A DNA stretch of 64,000 nt. Origin: an uncultured Candidatus Saccharibacteria bacterium. Lineage in GTDB: Bacteria > Patescibacteriota > Minisyncoccia > Ryanbacterales > GWA2-47-10b. The stretch covers positions 146,200 to 210,199 of the forward strand of contig CAYHJF010000001.1 in the NCBI GenBank assembly GCA_964356915.1, in the 5' to 3' direction. The position numbers were made by a program, and so were the translations under genes. This document shows, one piece after another, positions 36,755 through 45,643 of this stretch; the first letter of the stretch is position 1, and each line of letters begins with the position of its first letter. Below the pieces are notes generated by a model. That model had not been told where the DNA came from, ran no database searches, and worked only from the letters and a program-made list of their open reading frames with translations.

Positions 36755-38164
36755 TCATCGAGGTAACCCTCGACTCACGTCTTTTTTGATAAAGAGCACG
36801 TAACCATCCGAGGCAACGCCCACGACCGAAAGATCGATTTTGGCGCCACGCTCCATCCATTCGTCCTCGAGCGGGTAATGGTAAAACCCTGAGTAGATGG
36901 TTCGTCCATCGACATCCCAGACCGTGAGGTGTAAAGATGTCGGTTCACGACCATCAAGGGTTATGATTTTCCACTGAGTCCGCGTAAATGAAACGTCGAG
37001 CTCGCGCAACGGCTCCTCGAGACGAAATACGTACCGCACGATGGAGCCAACTTCCGCCACATCGACAGCTTGATGATACACATCAAGGCTTGCGAGTGAC
37101 ACAGATGCTGGAGCTCGATATGGAACATCCGGCTTCCAAAGAGGATCTTTCATCATGATGACGTATAGAACGGCAATCACCATGAGTGCTCCGACGACGA
37201 ATCGACGAAATCCTGAAGATCTTACGAGAGCCGTCATGATAATGACGACGATGAGTACCGTGAATACAATTATATATGGCACATCACCGACCTCACTAAG
37301 GCGCTGCCTCATTCTTTCAATGAACGGACGTGGATCGCCGAGATCTAAGTCCGGCATCGTTGGGAATGAAATGTGAGGCATTGCTGGCAACGAAACACTT
37401 GGAAGAGAAATATGAGGAAGCTCTGTAGGAAGATAGCTCGTCGGGTCCTTATACCCGTATTTCGCGCGAATATCTCGCTCCATTTGTGGAAGCTTCTCGA
37501 GAATCTGTATTTGCTCTGGCGAGAGCGACTTTATCTTTGCCGTCTCACGCAATGCCTTACCAATCGCTCGGAGAGGATCAAGCTCGCGCTCCATTTGAGC
37601 ATGCTTAACCTCAAGAACAACATCATCGGTAAACATTCCACCGAAAAGCCCGCATGACTTTACGATGAAGAGCATCCCAATGATTACGGAAAGTGCGATC
37701 ATCCAGCGTCGCGCGGGATGCGTTTCCCACTCACGCGGAAGACTGAGCCCCCACGCAACAAGAAACATCAAAACCGCAAGCACAAGCCAGAGTGGGCTGT
37801 AGTTATGCCACGCCCACGGCAACAATTGCCATGCGCCAACAGTCACAAGAATAATCGCGCCCGCAAGAATAATTCCGTTTCTGCGAGGAGCAATTGTCGC
37901 CCATGCAGCCCCGAACGCTCCTCCAATACGCGACCGTATTGATACACGCGGAGTTGAAACAATAACCGGAGCTGGCACTGGCATTACTGCCGGCGTAGAC
38001 GCAATACTAGATGCTCGTGAAGACGGCTGCTGACCACGATTTGATACCGTGAGATCCCATAGCCGCACAACAATCGCACCACCAACAACAAGTACAGCAA
38101 TTACTGTAAAGAAAATCTCCATTACGGAGTCCCTCCACTCGTAGGCGTCCCGCCACTCTTCCAA
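36755..38164 (-). CDS. polytopic membrane protein, hypothetical (469 aa)
   Basis: Multiple TM helices, Pro-rich linker, C-terminal soluble domain. No motif recognised. Confidence 0.4.
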   Translation of the reverse strand: MEEWRDAYEWRDSVMEIFFTVIAVLVVGGAIVVRLWDLTVSNRGQQPSSRASSIASTPAVMPVPAPVIVSTPRVSIRSRIGGAFGAAWATIAPRRNGIILAGAIILVTVGAWQLLPWAWHNYSPLWLVLAVLMFLVAWGLSLPREWETHPARRWMIALSVIIGMLFIVKSCGLFGGMFTDDVVLEVKHAQMERELDPLRAIGKALRETAKIKSLSPEQIQILEKLPQMERDIRAKYGYKDPTSYLPTELPHISLPSVSLPAMPHISFPTMPDLDLGDPRPFIERMRQRLSEVGDVPYIIVFTVLIVVIIMTALVRSSGFRRFVVGALMVIAVLYVIMMKDPLWKPDVPYRAPASVSLASLDVYHQAVDVAEVGSIVRYVFRLEEPLRELDVSFTRTQWKIITLDGREPTSLHLTVWDVDGRTIYSGFYHYPLEDEWMERGAKIDLSVVGVASDGYVLFIKKDVSRGLPR

Positions 38165-39624
38165 CGCTTCATCATACCTCCGATAAGACTGGTAACCCGC
38201 CCAATTGCGGCCGACACTTTCGATTTCTTGGGATCCTTCTTCTTAACCGTCTCGAACACTTTCGTCGCTTGAGCGGTAAGAGCGCCGATACTAAGAGGTC
38301 CGCCACCATCTCCCGAGTTAATGACGACAGCAACATTACCTTCCTTGATCGCGTCCATTTGACGCTCGAGGAGGCCCAGCGTTGCAGCCTGCTCAGGAGA
38401 AAGACCAGCACCATCTCGAATCTTGGTAATCCGAGCGGCTTCACCTTCGCCCTCAAGTTCGCGGCGTACTTTTTCGGCAGCACCGAGTCGTTCGATACCA
38501 CGTCCTTCGCCGTCAGCCTCGAGGAAACGAGCGTCGCCCGTTGCCCGCCCTTGGATGCGCTTGCGTCGCGCTTCTTCGGTTGCCTTACTAAGCACAACGT
38601 CAACGATCATGAAGCGCTTCAGTTTGATACCCCACTCATTGAGTTGAGCCTCTACTGAAGCGCAGATCTGCGAGTTAAGTGAACTTTCTTTTTCTTTCTT
38701 ACCATCGTCCTTGTTATCAATAATTTTCGCCACCTTCTCAGCAAGCACATCATCAACGTTCATGCCACCGAGCATTGTACGAATACGATCCTCGATCATT
38801 GAGAGAACGGCATGGATATAATCATCGACAAGATATGTAGCCTCAAAAGCTGATTTCTGATCGCGACGGTACTCGACCTCAATGATCAATTCACACTTGA
38901 GACCAACCGTATCATCAGCGACATCAACCTGACTCCGGAACTCAACTTTCGAATCCTTTCCGTCACGCCTGAGCTCTCTTTGAAGTGCGATCTCTTCTTC
39001 TGTTGTCCCTTCGGGGAAACCAAGAAGCCACAATGTCAATTTGCGATCTCCGATATAGAGCCGCTTCTTTACGTAGAAGATTCCAGGGATAATGAGATAG
39101 AATCCCTGTGGAAGAGTCTTGCAATAGATACCAAAGAGCTCAACCACATCAACGTATTGTTGAGGAATGATACGTGCACATCCATAGAAAAAAACAGCGA
39201 AAACGATAGCAGGCCATACTTTTGCCGCGCCCGAGAGAAAAAATACTCCCGCGATCGCAAACAAAAATAAAATACCCACTATGGTAAATGAAAAACGCAT
39301 CCAAATCTTCGGCAGAAAACCAAAACCCTGATCCTCTGTATCCAGAAGAGTGGGATTTTTTTTGTGACGATGCCACATGTAGAACCCGCCAAAAGCAAAT
39401 ACCAATGCTGTCACTTCGAACAAGAAGAATGGTGAATATGAATCTTTCACCCACCATGCAAGAAATACAGCTATACCCATAAGAAGACCATCGATAATAA
39501 TCTGCCAACGTTTCATAGATGCCTTTGCACCCACAAGAAGACCATCGACAATCATATGCCAACGTTTCATAGATGCCTTTGCACCCACAAGAAGACCATC
39601 GACAATCATATGCCAACGTTTCAT
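38122..39624 (-). CDS. SPFH/band-7 (flotillin-like) membrane protein with tandemly repeated N-terminus
   Basis: Two TM helices. SPFH core (YVDVVELFGIYCKTLPQGFYLIIPG...). C-terminal coiled-coil E/A/R-rich flotillin-like tail. Three in-frame MKRW(H/Q)(M/I)I(V/I)DGLL starts; the likely true start is the third (about 39516). Confidence 0.55.
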   Translation of the reverse strand: MKRWHMIVDGLLVGAKASMKRWHMIVDGLLVGAKASMKRWQIIIDGLLMGIAVFLAWWVKDSYSPFFLFEVTALVFAFGGFYMWHRHKKNPTLLDTEDQGFGFLPKIWMRFSFTIVGILFLFAIAGVFFLSGAAKVWPAIVFAVFFYGCARIIPQQYVDVVELFGIYCKTLPQGFYLIIPGIFYVKKRLYIGDRKLTLWLLGFPEGTTEEEIALQRELRRDGKDSKVEFRSQVDVADDTVGLKCELIIEVEYRRDQKSAFEATYLVDDYIHAVLSMIEDRIRTMLGGMNVDDVLAEKVAKIIDNKDDGKKEKESSLNSQICASVEAQLNEWGIKLKRFMIVDVVLSKATEEARRKRIQGRATGDARFLEADGEGRGIERLGAAEKVRRELEGEGEAARITKIRDGAGLSPEQAATLGLLERQMDAIKEGNVAVVINSGDGGGPLSIGALTAQATKVFETVKKKDPKKSKVSAAIGRVTSLIGGMMKRWKSGGTPTSGGTP

Positions 39625-39650
39625 AGACGCCTTTCTTGCCCTTTATCACG
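39490..39650. repeat. three tandem copies of a 54-bp repeat covering the SPFH gene start and RBS region
   Basis: ccaacgtttcatagatgcctttgcacccacaagaagaccatcgacaatcatatg unit. Period exactly 54 (copies anchored at 39505, 39559, 39613). The third copy is diverged (gacgcctttcttgccc). Confidence 0.7.
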
Positions 39651-39727
39651 TCAAAGAGCTTTGCACTACTATATAAGGCTTTTTCTTATTTGTCAAGGTC
39701 TTTTCTGGCGCCTTCACGAAGAAAGGA

Positions 39728-39756
39728 TTGACAAATAGGATAAATAATGCTAATAT
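39728..39756 (+). promoter_or_regulatory. near-consensus sigma-70 promoter (TTGACA - 17 nt - TAATAT) driving the GC-rich non-coding region
   Basis: TTGACA at 39728-39733, 17-nt spacer, TAATAT at 39751-39756. Confidence 0.55.
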
Positions 39757-39764
39757 ATTTATCG

Positions 39765-40306
39765 AGAGCAAGGACTGCCCAAATTCTTATATAAATTAAA
39801 TAATCTTGGGCTCTTTCCTTGCTCCATCATGAAACCTAATAAACACAGAAATTGGGTTGCGCGATGGAGCTGGGGGAATATACTAGCTCTAGACTTGGTG
39901 AGGGGACTCGAGCCTCTCCCAAGGTGGGGGTCTACTATGGTCAGCGAGTGGTCTCGTCGAGCAGCGCGAGGACATGCGCGCTTCGACTCAGCGATCGTCC
40001 AGAAGCGCGAACGCGTCACTGAACGAATCGCACCCACAACCAGCGGACAGCTCGCTGGAGCGCACCCGGGGCAGACTGCCAAAACGGCTGCCACCACCAC
40101 ACACAAGCGTCCTCCTCAGTAGGACGCCCCTCCACGCCCGGCCTTCAGGGGGCCGAATCATCAGTCGGAGAAACCCGACCGAATAGAGGCGCTCACCCGG
40201 CGCCCAAAAGCAGATCGATACACTGTACAAAGTATCGGCGGAAGAGTGCCCCGCCAAGGCATTCAAAAAAAAGGGGGACCTGCGCAAGCGGGCCCCCATT
40301 TTTCTT
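39765..40306 (+). ncRNA. candidate large structured ncRNA (about 520 nt, GC-rich, unidentified) with its own promoter and terminator
   Basis: No protein-like ORF on either strand. Sharp GC rise. At least 8 perfect local hairpins (gctccatc/gatggagc, gcgtcct-cctcagt-aggacgc, ggcgc-tcacccg-gcgcc, cgatac-actgtacaaa-gtatcg and others). Upstream consensus promoter, terminal terminator. Confidence 0.4.
40272..40306. terminator. bidirectional GC-clamp terminator (ends the ncRNA candidate on plus and xer on minus)
   Basis: aaaaaaaa-ggggg-acctgcgcaagcgggc-ccccc-attttt. Confidence 0.6.
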
Positions 40307-40326
40307 TGTAAAAAATTTTTGAAAAA

Positions 40327-41202
40327 CTACTTTCTTCTACGTCCGTGAAATGCCTTGTGCACATCTCGTAACTGCCGATCGGTTACGTGCGTATAAATTT
40401 GTGTCGTCGTAATCGATGAGTGCCCCAACAGTGCCTGTACCGATCGAAGATCCGCGCCATTGATAAGTAAGTCAGTCGCAAACATATGACGCAGCGTATG
40501 AGGTGTTACCTTTGACCCAATACCAGCAGCAATCGCATATCTATGTACAAGACGCTCAATTTGCCGAACTGTAAGGCGAGTTGGTTTTTTTCCTGTAGCA
40601 ACAAATAATGCCTCTAAAATATCTTCTCGGCGAGCAAAATAATCTTTCAAAATCTGCTTTGCTTCAGAAGAAAGAAAAACAAGGCGCACCTTTCCACCTT
40701 TCCCGCGAACAGAAAATTCATCTCGTTTGAGATCGATGGAATCTTGATTAAGGGCAACGAGTTCAGAGATTCGAAGACCCGTAGAAAACAAAAGCTCTAA
40801 AATCGCACGGTCTCGCAACCCCTGCAACGTCGATGTTTTTGGCGTAGCAAGTAATCGTTCAAGATCTTCAATGCGCGGGATATCAATGTCTCGATCCTGA
40901 AGTTTTGCAAGTTCTATTCGATCGGGTGCAAGTGATACTATCTCTCGGCGTACAAGATATTTTAGAAATTGCCTCAACGCGATGAGATGATAATTACGCG
41001 TACGAACAGAAAGATGCTCTCGATTGAGCCACAATCGAAAAGCGCGTATATGATCATCATTAATATCGGCAGGGGATTCTATCTGCTCCCGCAAAAAAAA
41101 TCGTTCGAGGTAATGACGATAATTTTCAATCGTTTTTTGAGACCTTCCGCGCCCAAGCTCGAGGTCTTCAAGAAACTCTCGGAGAGCAATCTTAATATTC
41201 AT
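40327..41202 (-). CDS. xerC: tyrosine site-specific recombinase, XerC/XerD family
   Basis: N-terminal SAM-like core-binding domain. Catalytic R...HxxR...Y (GLRISEL, HTLRHMFAT, LGHSSITTTQIYTHV). 291 aa. Confidence 0.8.
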   Translation of the reverse strand: MNIKIALREFLEDLELGRGRSQKTIENYRHYLERFFLREQIESPADINDDHIRAFRLWLNREHLSVRTRNYHLIALRQFLKYLVRREIVSLAPDRIELAKLQDRDIDIPRIEDLERLLATPKTSTLQGLRDRAILELLFSTGLRISELVALNQDSIDLKRDEFSVRGKGGKVRLVFLSSEAKQILKDYFARREDILEALFVATGKKPTRLTVRQIERLVHRYAIAAGIGSKVTPHTLRHMFATDLLINGADLRSVQALLGHSSITTTQIYTHVTDRQLRDVHKAFHGRRRK

Positions 41203-41292
41203 AGATATTTATAGGCAATGTCGCACAATATTAGTGTACCTGAGCGGGGGCTTGATTTAAATAGAAAAGTCGTATATAATGGCGTTCATATT

Positions 41293-41559
41293 ATGTTGTC
41301 GACAAAAACTAAAACAAAGGTGATCGGAAAACACCAGATCCATGAAAAAGACACGGGTTCTTCAGCCGTGCAAATCGCCCTGCTTTCAGAGCGTATTGAT
41401 TCGCTCGCAGAGCATCTCAAAAAGTATAAAAAAGACAACCACTCTCGTCGTGGTCTCTTGAAGATGGTTGCAAAACGTAAATCTCTTCTCGAATACTTAG
41501 CGTCAGGTGACCAAAAAGTATTGTTGGATCTTCGGAAGAAATTCGGTCTCAAAAAATAA
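41293..41559 (+). CDS. rpsO: 30S ribosomal protein uS15
   Basis: DTGSSAVQIALLSERIDSLAEHLKKYKKDNHSRRGLLKMVAKRKSLLEYL is the full S15 signature. Start set at the internal Met (MLSTKTK...) to give the usual 88 aa. Confidence 0.85.
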   Translation: MLSTKTKTKVIGKHQIHEKDTGSSAVQIALLSERIDSLAEHLKKYKKDNHSRRGLLKMVAKRKSLLEYLASGDQKVLLDLRKKFGLKK

Positions 41560-42096
41560 ATGAGCGATCTTAAACACAAAGACCAGCGCGTCGCTGTATT
41601 CATCGATGCGCAGAATCTTTATCATTCAGCACGTAGTCTGTTTGGCGCCCGAGTCAATTTTAAAGAAGTTCTCAAGATAGCGGTCAGCGGGCGCAAACTC
41701 ATTCGAGCATTTGGATACGTGATTAGTACAAAAACGGGAGAGGAGCAACCATTTTTTGAATCTCTCACGAGCCTCGGCATCGAAACACGAGCAAAAGAAC
41801 TCCAAGAATTTTTCGGTGGCGCAAAAAAAGCCGACTGGGATGTTGGTCTTGCTATCGACGCGGTTCGTACCGCGGAGATTGTCGATACCGTCATCATCTG
41901 TTCCGGAGATGGGGACTTTGTACCACTCGTTGAGTATTTAAAAAATAATGGAAGACGGGTAGAAGTCATCGCATTTGGCCGCAGCTCATCACTCAAACTT
42001 AAAGAAGCGGCTGATGACTTTACCGATCTTGGTGCATCACAGAAATTTTTGATGCGCATTCACCGCAATACTAGGAAGACTGAAAACGATGCTTGA
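41560..42096 (+). CDS. NYN-domain (LabA/DUF88-like PIN-fold) putative ribonuclease
   Basis: VAVFIDAQNLY ... DVGLAIDAV ... VIICSGDGDFVPLVEYLKNNGRRVEVIAF, the acidic-residue pattern of NYN domains. Inserted between rpsO and pnp. Confidence 0.6.
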   Translation: MSDLKHKDQRVAVFIDAQNLYHSARSLFGARVNFKEVLKIAVSGRKLIRAFGYVISTKTGEEQPFFESLTSLGIETRAKELQEFFGGAKKADWDVGLAIDAVRTAEIVDTVIICSGDGDFVPLVEYLKNNGRRVEVIAFGRSSSLKLKEAADDFTDLGASQKFLMRIHRNTRKTENDA

Positions 42097-44236
42097 ACGC
42101 ACAAAATTTGAAACTACTGTCGCTGGTAAAAAAATAATTGTTGAATTTAATCCGATCGCCTCGCAGGCAAACGGTTCTGTTATGGTTCGTATGGGGGATA
42201 CCATCATTTTAGGCACGGCCGTCATGTCAAAAAATGCCCGCGAATCAATTGATTTTTTCCCACTCGTCGTTGATTACGAGGAAAAATATTACGCGGCCGG
42301 ACGAATCTTGGGATCTCGCTTCGTACGTAGAGAGGGACGCCCTTCTGAAGAAGCCGTTCTTATCTCGCGTCTCATTGACCGTACGATCCGTCCTCTTTTC
42401 GATCATCGTATTCGTAACGATGTACAGGTTGTTCTCATGGCACTTTCAGTTGACGAAGAAAACAGTCCTGATATCCCCGCAATTATGGCGGCATCACTCG
42501 CACTCGGTACATCAAATATTCCATGGGATGGGCCGGTAGCAGGAGCGCGCATTGCTCATATCGATGGAAATTTTGTCGTAAACCCAACTGATACAGAACG
42601 AGCGCTCTCAGAGATGGACCTTATCATCGCGGGAGGACATGGTCACATCAACATGATCGAAGGCAAAGCAAAAGAAATTCCTGAAGAACGCATACTTCAA
42701 GCTTTCGAAACCGCACTCAAAGAAATCGACCAACTCTCAAAGTTTCAAGAAGAGATTATTTCAAAAATCGGAAAAGAAAAATCTATACCAAAAATTGAAG
42801 AAGTTCCAGCAGAAGCTCACGACTCTCTTCAAAAACATTTTCGTACACGAATTGGCGATGCAATGTATACGCTTGGCAAAAAAGAACGCGAGCATGCGCT
42901 CTCAGATCTAAAATTTGAGTGGATGGAATCAATAAAAGAACGTTGCCCTGAACTCTCAAAGGGTATGGCGTCTTTACTCTTTGAAGAGACAATTGATGAA
43001 ACTGTTCATGAAAGAATATTAACAAAAGGAGAGCGCCCCGATGGACGCCACGTAAAAGAAGTTCGCCCACTACTTGCAGAAACAAGTCTTCTCCCGCGCG
43101 CACATGGATCCGGACTTTTTTTTCGCGGAGATACTCATATTCTATCGACCGTAACACTTGGAGCGCCGGGGGATGAGTTGCTGATCGAAGGCATGGATGT
43201 ACGAACAAAGAAACATTTCATTCATCACTATAACTTTCCTCCATTTTCAGTAGGAGAAACTGGACGCATGGGGTCTCCTGGACGGCGCGAGATCGGTCAC
43301 GGAGCTCTTGCAGAAAAAGCTCTTGAAGCAATTATTCCTCCAAAAGAAGTGTTCCCTTATACAATTCGTATCGTCTCCGAAACACTCTCATCAAATGGAT
43401 CGTCTTCGATGGGATCAGTTTGCGCATCTCTTTTAGCACTTATGGATGCAGGTGTACCGATTAAAAAACCGGTCGCGGGAATCGCGATGGGTCTCATGAT
43501 GGAAAGTGACACAAACTATAAAGTGCTTACTGACCTCCAAGGACCTGAGGATCATCATGGCGACATGGATTTTAAGGCCGCTGGAACAAAAGATGGTCTT
43601 ACTGCGATTCAAATGGATGTAAAGGTAAAAGGCGTAACGTTGGGGATTCTCAAAGATGCACTCGCAGATGCAAAAGATGCTCGCATGAAAATCATGAGCG
43701 TACTCTTAGAATGTATTGGTGAATCACGCAAAACACTCTCTCCCTATGCGCCTCGTATCATTCAAATGCAAATCCCAATTGATAAAATTCGCGACGTCAT
43801 TGGCCCAGGCGGTAAAACAATCAACGAGATTATTGCCGAAACTGGAGCTCAAATCGATATCGAACAAACCGGCGATATCTATATTACCGGTATGACTCAA
43901 GAAGCAGCCGAAAAGGCACAAGAACGAATCGCCCTCATTACAAAAGAAATTGAAGTTGGAACTATTTATAAGGGCAAGGTAACGCGCATCTTTGAATTTG
44001 GCGCGATGGTTGAAGTCGCTCCAAAACAAGAAGGTCTTGTTCATATCTCTGAACTTGCTCATCAGCGAGTTAACAAGGTTAGCGATGTCGTACAAGTCGG
44101 CGATGAAGTAACCGTACAAGTTACGCAAATTGATAGTCTTGGACGCATCAATCTCTCTATCAAAGCACTCACGGAAAAACCCGATGGTATGCCTGATGAG
44201 GAAAATCACAAACCTCGTCCGCAACACCGACGCTAA
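42089..44236 (+). CDS. pnp: polyribonucleotide nucleotidyltransferase (PNPase)
   Basis: Two RNase PH domains, KH (IGPGGKTINEII) and S1 (GTIYKGKVTRIFEFGAMVEV) domains. 715 aa. Confidence 0.9.
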   Translation: MLERTKFETTVAGKKIIVEFNPIASQANGSVMVRMGDTIILGTAVMSKNARESIDFFPLVVDYEEKYYAAGRILGSRFVRREGRPSEEAVLISRLIDRTIRPLFDHRIRNDVQVVLMALSVDEENSPDIPAIMAASLALGTSNIPWDGPVAGARIAHIDGNFVVNPTDTERALSEMDLIIAGGHGHINMIEGKAKEIPEERILQAFETALKEIDQLSKFQEEIISKIGKEKSIPKIEEVPAEAHDSLQKHFRTRIGDAMYTLGKKEREHALSDLKFEWMESIKERCPELSKGMASLLFEETIDETVHERILTKGERPDGRHVKEVRPLLAETSLLPRAHGSGLFFRGDTHILSTVTLGAPGDELLIEGMDVRTKKHFIHHYNFPPFSVGETGRMGSPGRREIGHGALAEKALEAIIPPKEVFPYTIRIVSETLSSNGSSSMGSVCASLLALMDAGVPIKKPVAGIAMGLMMESDTNYKVLTDLQGPEDHHGDMDFKAAGTKDGLTAIQMDVKVKGVTLGILKDALADAKDARMKIMSVLLECIGESRKTLSPYAPRIIQMQIPIDKIRDVIGPGGKTINEIIAETGAQIDIEQTGDIYITGMTQEAAEKAQERIALITKEIEVGTIYKGKVTRIFEFGAMVEVAPKQEGLVHISELAHQRVNKVSDVVQVGDEVTVQVTQIDSLGRINLSIKALTEKPDGMPDEENHKPRPQHRR

Positions 44237-44255
44237 TTTCCTGTACAATAGAACG

Positions 44256-45083
44256 ATGACAGATGATGGGCGTCCGACTATTCGGACGATGAAAACAGAC
44301 GTTGACGAACTCCTCACAAAAGAACCGGAGTCAATTTTGAAATCCATCACTGACGGTCCGCGTGAACGCTACGAACGTGGCTACGCTCCACCTCACGGTC
44401 AAAAAAATTATCTCCGTATTATACTTGGCATACTCTTGATGTTTGGTATTACAGGAGCAGGAATTGGCATCTACTCTCTTTTTGCCCCAAAACCAATTCC
44501 TCCCAAATTGCCCCTCGCGATCCCGCGCTCATTCATACCAACCGACTCAACTCACGAGCTTAAGATTACAGCGGGGGATAGAACTGGACTTATTGGCGCA
44601 CTTCAAGATTTAAGAACATCACCAAACAAATCATTCGCCCACATACCTTTTATTGTGGCAGAATTTACAAAAGATCCTCATGTAGGCACAATCCAAGAAT
44701 TTTTTGGAACACTGCGCATCACACTTCATCCTGATGTTGAAAAAAGTCTCACGGGAAAATGGAATATCCTATCCTCCAAAGGTGGAATCATTTTGGTTTT
44801 TGAAATCAAAGATGAGCAAAAGGCTCTGGGGGGCATGTTACGGTGGGAAGAAAAATTCGTACAAGACCTAACACCCGTTACGGGCGTTGCTCCCGAAGGT
44901 ACAATTGAATTTCACGATATTGTAATAAAAAACAACATCGCTCGCGTCGTTACACTCTCAGAAACAGAGGACCGATCAATCGGATACGCCATACTCCCAC
45001 AGGGGTTTCTTTTAATCACGACCTCGGAGGCGTCTCTTCGCGAATCAATCGACCGATTTATTGCCGGGCCCATTACAAACTGA
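44256..45083 (+). CDS. hypothetical membrane-anchored protein
   Basis: Single TM (ILGILLMFGITGAGIGIYSLF). Start chosen downstream of the pnp stop. No motif recognised. Confidence 0.35.
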   Translation: MTDDGRPTIRTMKTDVDELLTKEPESILKSITDGPRERYERGYAPPHGQKNYLRIILGILLMFGITGAGIGIYSLFAPKPIPPKLPLAIPRSFIPTDSTHELKITAGDRTGLIGALQDLRTSPNKSFAHIPFIVAEFTKDPHVGTIQEFFGTLRITLHPDVEKSLTGKWNILSSKGGIILVFEIKDEQKALGGMLRWEEKFVQDLTPVTGVAPEGTIEFHDIVIKNNIARVVTLSETEDRSIGYAILPQGFLLITTSEASLRESIDRFIAGPITN

Positions 45084-45095
45084 TACGATACTCTT

Positions 45096-45449
45096 ATGAA
45101 CATGAAAGAATTTGAATCATTACTCCTCGCTGAAAAAACAGAACTCGAACGGTCACTTAAAGCAACAGGAATGTCGGATCCTGCGCATCAAGAAGAAACT
45201 GATACGGTTCGTCCTAACATGAATCTTGATCCTGCCGATAAAATGGATGTTGCTGATGAACTCGAAGAGTACGAGACCGATGTTACAATCAACGCGACAC
45301 TAGATAGTCAATATGAAAATGTGCTCGCGGCACTCGAACGAATTAAAGAAGGGACGTATGGAACTTGCGAAGTTGGAGGCGAGATGATGAACGAAGAACG
45401 ATTACGGGCAAACCCCGCAGCCCGCACCTGCGTTGAACATTCTCAGTAA
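45096..45449 (+). CDS. DksA/TraR-family-like protein (2-Cys variant of the C4 finger)
   Basis: Coiled-coil N-terminus. C-terminal GTCEVGGEMMNEERLRANPAARTCVEH resembles the DksA/TraR zinc-finger region (CxxC...RL.A.P.A..C..C) but has only two Cys. Confidence 0.4.
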   Translation: MNMKEFESLLLAEKTELERSLKATGMSDPAHQEETDTVRPNMNLDPADKMDVADELEEYETDVTINATLDSQYENVLAALERIKEGTYGTCEVGGEMMNEERLRANPAARTCVEHSQ

Positions 45450-45450
45450 T

Positions 45451-45478
45451 AAAAAATGCCCTGGTGGGCATTTTTTAT
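45451..45478 (+). terminator. rho-independent terminator
   Basis: aaaaaatgccc-tggt-gggcatttttt. Confidence 0.7.
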
Positions 45479-45643
45479 TTTATAGAAGTCCAAACTCGCC
45501 AACTGGGGAAATGTACCGTAAGTACAATAAAAATACTATAAACAATAAAACTACGATACCGAGCGCAAATGGCACTGTACGATTCATGTATCTATAATAC
45601 GCAACTTATTGCGAAAAAACGAGCAGGCTGTTAAAACAAACAT

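Noticed and set aside
39149-39649. 166-aa ORF in an alternative frame over the 54-bp repeats
   Set aside because: Its periodic translation is an artifact of the tandem repeats. The SPFH frame is the supported one.
39759-40299. Several 70-115-aa ORFs on both strands across the 520-bp GC-rich region
   Set aside because: All are compositionally aberrant (R/W/P/A-rich), mutually overlapping, and inconsistent with the codon usage of flanking genes. The region has promoter/terminator and hairpin density typical of ncRNA.
40327-41202. Prophage or integrative element defined by the tyrosine recombinase
   Set aside because: The protein has the XerC/XerD chromosome-dimer-resolution architecture and size. 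No capsid, terminase, or replication genes flank it. I treat it as chromosomal Xer, noting only that the adjacent GC-rich segment might be foreign.
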